A stretch of DNA of 64,000 nt, taken from assembly GCA_964291625.2 (NCBI GenBank), contig OZ220089.1, positions 2,048,001-2,112,000 on the forward strand. Direction: 5' to 3'. Shown here one piece after another: positions 59,902 through 64,000 of this stretch (position 1 is the stretch's first letter; every line of letters begins with the position of its first letter). Source of the DNA: Candidatus Latescibacterota bacterium (GTDB lineage: Bacteria; Latescibacterota; UBA2968; UBA8231). The translations under genes were made by a program, and so were the position numbers. The notes below the pieces were generated by a model. It was not told the origin of the DNA. It searched no databases and worked only from the letters and a program-made list of their open reading frames with translations.

Positions 59902-60729
59902 ATGCAGCTTGGCAGGAGGGTAGCGCGTCGCTTTGCCGAGACGATGTTGTTCTGGCGAGGCCACCTTCAAGCAAGGGATGTCTGGGAGTTTCTGGGCGTC
60001 TCCGAGCGCACGGCACGCAGCCTGATTTCGGAGTGGCGCAAAGCCGGCATCCTTCCGCGTTACCGGGCGGCCTTTGGGCGGCGCCTGTTGCCGGCGGAAG
60101 AGTTCGTCCCCGGACCTGACGTGATCGATCCCAGAGTCGCCTTGTCCTTGCTTCTGTTGGCAGACCGACTGCCCGGGAACCCGTTTGCGGCCGTTGCACC
60201 TCCCGGAGGTGGCCACGATCTCGCGATCTCGGCTCTGACTTCCACCAAGGCCGCTCGGGCAGTATTGGCCGCCTGTCTCGACCGTCGAGCCGTCACCGTC
60301 ATCTACGCTGCAAAGACCGGACGGCAGGAGTTCGCCTTCAGCCCCTCGGCTGTCGTGCGCTCCCGGGGGCGGTACCACCTGCGGGGCTACAGGGCGGATG
60401 GAAGCGATGCCCTCGGGAATCGACTGGACGATCGCTACGTCGACATGGTGCCCAACCGTTCAATCGAAGCCTGGCCGACCCCAAGTGGCCACTTCGTCGG
60501 TCTGGACAACGACGACGAGTGGCATGCCTTCGAGAGACGGACCTTCTTCTTCTCCGCCGAGTTGTCCGACGAGGAGCGTCTCTGCTACGAGCACGAGTAC
60601 GGCATCGCAGATCTGGGCAAGCTTGTGATCAGGGAACGGCAAGCGCTGATGCCCTACGTAATGCAGGAACTCTCTGAGCGCCGTTGCTGGCGCCAGGACG
60701 GCACGCAGGTGCCGATCTGGGCGCTCTAG
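59902..60729 (+). CDS. WYL-domain transcriptional regulator (CapW/BrxR-like wHTH-WYL-WCX)
   Basis: LFWRGHL..DV..FLGVSERTA (wHTH); IY..SPSAVV..GRYHLRGY...YVDM..NR (WYL). Confidence 0.85.
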   Translation: MQLGRRVARRFAETMLFWRGHLQARDVWEFLGVSERTARSLISEWRKAGILPRYRAAFGRRLLPAEEFVPGPDVIDPRVALSLLLLADRLPGNPFAAVAPPGGGHDLAISALTSTKAARAVLAACLDRRAVTVIYAAKTGRQEFAFSPSAVVRSRGRYHLRGYRADGSDALGNRLDDRYVDMVPNRSIEAWPTPSGHFVGLDNDDEWHAFERRTFFFSAELSDEERLCYEHEYGIADLGKLVIRERQALMPYVMQELSERRCWRQDGTQVPIWAL

Positions 60730-61934
60730 GTCTGGCTTGGCATCCCCCCTTGCAGCCGCGGCCCCAGCACCCGGCACATGGGCAGCACGGGGACCACGAA
60801 GGCGGCGATCGCCGCCAGGGCCGTGGCCACTCCCCACAGGTCGCTGACCACGCCGAAGACCAGGGGGGAGACGGCGCCGGCGCCGATCCCCAGGGTGTAG
60901 AACAACCCGTAGGCCCGCGCCTGGCGGTCGCCTTCGACGAAGTCTCCGACCGTCCCGTAGAGGACGGAGGAGGTGCCGTTGAGGGCCACCCCGGCCAGGG
61001 GCAGGACCACCAGCGTCATGTCCAGGGGAAGGAGGATGACGGCCGCGATCAGCGCCGTGGTGGCGGTCTCGGTGAGGACCACCGTCCGCAGGATGCCGGC
61101 GCGCTCGGCCACGTGGCCGCAGACCAGCTTGCCGGCGGCCCCTCCGGCGAAGACCAGCGCCAGCGCCTGGCCGACCGTCGCGATCGAGGCACCCTTCTCC
61201 ACCAGCAGGAAGGGCAGGAAAGTGAGGAAGGAGAGGCGGGCGCCGCTGTCGATCATGCCGATGACGGAGAGGAAGGCGAAGCCGCGCCGGTCGGTGATGC
61301 CCCATCCCTTCTCGGCCTCTTCCCGCGCCCGGGGCTCCGCTTCCCTGGGCGAGGCGGTCCGCCCCGGAAGCAGCGCCCCCAGGGCCAGGGCGCCGCAGAG
61401 GGCGAAGATCCCGTACGCCGCCGCGCTCGCGGGCCACCCGTACGCCGCCGCCCCCGCCGCCACCGCCGCCGGCGCCACCACCTTGCCGAGGTCCCCGGTG
61501 AAGTTGTAGGTGCCCAGCGCCGCCCGCCGCTCCGACGCCGGGTAGGCCCTCGAGATGATGGCCGAGACCAGGGGGTGCTGGGTGCCGCAGCCCGTTCCCG
61601 CCACGACCAGGAAGGCGGCCAGGCTCAGGAAGCCGCCCGCCCACCCCAGGAGCACGTAGGCGACCCCGGCCAGCACGGTGCCGACGACGAGCACGGCCCG
61701 CTCTCCGTAGCGCTCGGCGACGAGGCCGGCCGGCACCTGGGTCGCCGCCAGAAAGCCCGACATGACCAGCTTGAGGGCCCCCACCTCGGTGTGGGTCAGG
61801 GCGAACGCCGCCGCCCACATGGGCAGCAGCACGTAGATGCAGTCGGTGAACCCGTCGTGAATGGCGTGGGCGAATCCGCCGGTGGCCAGGACCTTGCGGC
61901 GGACCCGCGCCGGACTCTCGGGACCCGGACTCAT
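60726..61934 (-). CDS. MFS transporter (Fsr-like)
   Basis: HAIHDGFTD, AERYGER, GTYNFTGDLGK; many hydrophobic segments. Confidence 0.88.
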   Translation of the reverse strand: MSPGPESPARVRRKVLATGGFAHAIHDGFTDCIYVLLPMWAAAFALTHTEVGALKLVMSGFLAATQVPAGLVAERYGERAVLVVGTVLAGVAYVLLGWAGGFLSLAAFLVVAGTGCGTQHPLVSAIISRAYPASERRAALGTYNFTGDLGKVVAPAAVAAGAAAYGWPASAAAYGIFALCGALALGALLPGRTASPREAEPRAREEAEKGWGITDRRGFAFLSVIGMIDSGARLSFLTFLPFLLVEKGASIATVGQALALVFAGGAAGKLVCGHVAERAGILRTVVLTETATTALIAAVILLPLDMTLVVLPLAGVALNGTSSVLYGTVGDFVEGDRQARAYGLFYTLGIGAGAVSPLVFGVVSDLWGVATALAAIAAFVVPVLPMCRVLGPRLQGGMPSQT

Positions 61935-63172
61935 GGCGCCGCCCTGTCCGGCCTCATCCCGAACCAGGCCGCCATGACCAGCCCGCTCGCCGTCCGCGAG
62001 AGACCGGCCAGCCCGAAGACCAGGAGGTAGCCGTGCTCGAGGATGAGGACGCCGCCGGCCAGGCTGCCGAGGAAGGCCAGCAGCTGGAAGCCGCAGACGC
62101 GGATGGACTGGACCCTCGCCCAGTAGCGCCGCGGCAGCACCTGGGTGGTGAAGTGCTGGTCGGCGGGGATGTCGATGACCTCACCGGCGCGGGCCAGCAG
62201 GAACATGGGGAGCGCCACCGGCAGGCTCACGAAGGCGCCCATGATTCCCACCGCTCCGCCCGAGGCGGCCCGGCTGGCCAGGATCGTCAGGGTGGCGCCG
62301 AAGCGGCGCACCAGGGCCGGCACGCTGAAGGTGAAGGGCAGGCCCACGAGGTGGCTGAGGAAGAACACGGCGCCGATCGCCGCCGGACCGATGTGCAGCT
62401 CCTCCTCGAAGAAGACGTTGAAGAAGGGGTAGGTGAGCCCCATGGAGAAGCCGCGCATGCCGGCGGTGACGGCGACGACGGCGAAGACGCCCCTCGGCCG
62501 GCGGGGGTCCTCCCCCTCGTCCGGGCCCCGTTCCTGCACCGGCGCCGCCTGCGGCTGCCTGCGAATGCGCAGCAGGGGCACCACCGAGATCAGGGAGCAG
62601 GCGGCCCCGAGGAGCAGGGCATAGCGGAACGGCTCCGGCACCTCGGTGGAGGTCCCGAGGAACCAGGCCATCGCTCCGGGGAGGAAGCCGCCCACGAGGC
62701 TCAGGAGCATGCGCACCACGATCTGCACCGCGGACCAGACGACGATCGCCTCGGCGCGCCGGGAGGGTTGGGCGTTGTCGGAGAGGAAGGGCACGTGGTT
62801 GACCCAGATGAAGGCGTTGGCCACGCCGCCGACGAAGGAGAAGGCCAGCAGGGCGATGGAGGCCGTGGACAGGCAGAGGCCGATCTGGGACAGAGCCAGG
62901 AGCAGACCCGAGGCGATCAGGAAGGGGCGCCGCCCAAGGCGGTCGCTGAGGACCCCCGTGGGCAGGGCCAGCAGGGCCGTGGCCAGGGGCGCCATGCCCG
63001 CCACCTGGCCGATGAAGTCCTCCTGGTAGCTCAGGCGCAGCAGGTAGAGGTTGTAGAGCAGCCAGTAGAGGGTCATCCCGGCGTTGATGGACAACCCGTA
63101 GAGGTAGAAGGACCGGACATTGCGGTTGAAGCTGCGCGGCCGGAAGCCGCGCACCGCGGCGACGACGCTCAT
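61931..63172 (-). CDS. MFS transporter
   Basis: GVLSDRLGRR motif A; many hydrophobic segments. Confidence 0.88.
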   Translation of the reverse strand: MSVVAAVRGFRPRSFNRNVRSFYLYGLSINAGMTLYWLLYNLYLLRLSYQEDFIGQVAGMAPLATALLALPTGVLSDRLGRRPFLIASGLLLALSQIGLCLSTASIALLAFSFVGGVANAFIWVNHVPFLSDNAQPSRRAEAIVVWSAVQIVVRMLLSLVGGFLPGAMAWFLGTSTEVPEPFRYALLLGAACSLISVVPLLRIRRQPQAAPVQERGPDEGEDPRRPRGVFAVVAVTAGMRGFSMGLTYPFFNVFFEEELHIGPAAIGAVFFLSHLVGLPFTFSVPALVRRFGATLTILASRAASGGAVGIMGAFVSLPVALPMFLLARAGEVIDIPADQHFTTQVLPRRYWARVQSIRVCGFQLLAFLGSLAGGVLILEHGYLLVFGLAGLSRTASGLVMAAWFGMRPDRAAP

Positions 63173-63324
63173 CGGCGGTCACCGGCCCCGGGCCGCGGCG
63201 CGGACTTCCCGGCGCCTGGCGGTGCAGGCCCCCCGGGGCCGGGTCACGGGGAGGCGCCAGGGCCCAAGGCGGCGGCCCTCGATCCATCGGCGAAGGAATC
63301 CACGCGAGACCGCTGCCCGGGCCC

Positions 63325-64000
63325 TCAGGGGGATGCCCGGCGCCGCAGCAGGTAGTCGGCCACGAGGCGCGCCGCCAGGGCGTGTCCCTCCGGCGTCCAG
63401 TGGCTCTCCTCGTAGTAGAGGCGCCGGTGCCCGGCATGCTTCCGGAACGCCGGGGACAGGTCCAGCAGCGGGATGCCGTCCCGGGCCGCCTCCTCCGCCA
63501 GGCGGCGGTTGGGCTTGTCCAGGTCGAACTCGCCGATCAGTCCGAAGAGGTCCCGCTTCATCCGCCAGTTCTCCTCCTCCACCTGCACGATCGCCGGCGC
63601 GTACACCAGGATCAGCTCGGCCCCGGCCCGCGAGGCGCTCTCCCGGAAGGCCCGCAGGATCTCCCCCGTGAGCCGCCAGTAACGCTCGGCCGTCGGATCG
63701 TCCTCCACCCCGTACAGGACCTCGTAGAAGCGCTGCCGGGACCCTTCGGGCACCCCCGCGCCGGACATGGCCTTGCGGAGCGCGGCGTACACGTGGAGAC
63801 GCTCCCTGAGGTACTTGTCCAGCCGGTGCTCCCACGGCCAGGCGCTCGATCCGTCCCAGAAGCGGCTCCTCTTCACGGGCACGCCGAGGAGGCGCAGCCG
63901 GCCCCGCGGGTCGACGCGGAAGTACGGCTTGTATCCGCGCTCCGAGCCGATCCCCCTGTCGCTGGCGTTGTTGATCAGGTCGTTGGCGTAGAAGAACAGG
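63325..64000 (-). CDS. SGNH/GDSL hydrolase-like protein (5' truncated by window)
   Basis: LFFYANDL near the window end; IPLLDL..F, ESHWTPEGH. Confidence 0.7.
   Translation of the reverse strand, partial: LFFYANDLINNASDRGIGSERGYKPYFRVDPRGRLRLLGVPVKRSRFWDGSSAWPWEHRLDKYLRERLHVYAALRKAMSGAGVPEGSRQRFYEVLYGVEDDPTAERYWRLTGEILRAFRESASRAGAELILVYAPAIVQVEEENWRMKRDLFGLIGEFDLDKPNRRLAEEAARDGIPLLDLSPAFRKHAGHRRLYYEESHWTPEGHALAARLVADYLLRRRASP

Noticed and set aside
59772-59903. Longer overlapping N-termini for cas6 (59903) and WYL (59818) in the ORF track
   Set aside because: They would overlap head-to-head across the palindromic promoter region; family similarity begins at 59771 and 59902.
46560-60729. CRISPR-associated transposon or type III signalling system
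   Set aside because: No tnsABC/tniQ genes; the large subunit has no GGDD motif; no CARF/SAVED effector; Cas3' and HD motifs are intact.

Overview
High-GC bacterial chromosomal window. The gene content (three PhyH dioxygenases, WD40/Kelch/LamG proteins, FlgD-type and WGxIK-type C-terminal tails) resembles FCB-group lineages such as Latescibacterota/Gemmatimonadota; this is inference only. Positions 1-46.5 kb hold housekeeping and accessory metabolism: a molybdoenzyme large subunit plus MoaD, argC-tatD-ugd-rfbB-dut with tandem ARG boxes upstream, modABC, murD, two paralogous ABC transporters plus DUF1854, a TonB-dependent receptor, methyltransferases, a frameshifted kbl and secreted repeat proteins. 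The main feature is a roughly 14 kb class 1 CRISPR-Cas island (46.6-60.7 kb). It has a 57-repeat array (28-nt repeat, 35-45 nt spacers) and a minus-strand operon cas6-cas10d(HD)-cas7/csc2-cas5/csc1-cas3'-cas4-cas1-cas2. This looks like a divergent type I-D effector in a type I-B-like gene order. A hidden in-frame Cas11-like start lies inside cas10d, and a divergent WYL (CapW/BrxR-like) regulator sits across an intergenic region with two palindromes. A promoter- and terminator-bounded, hairpin-dense non-coding unit of about 410 nt at 16.9-17.35 kb is a candidate undescribed ncRNA. All calls come from reading motifs by eye; no database searches were run.
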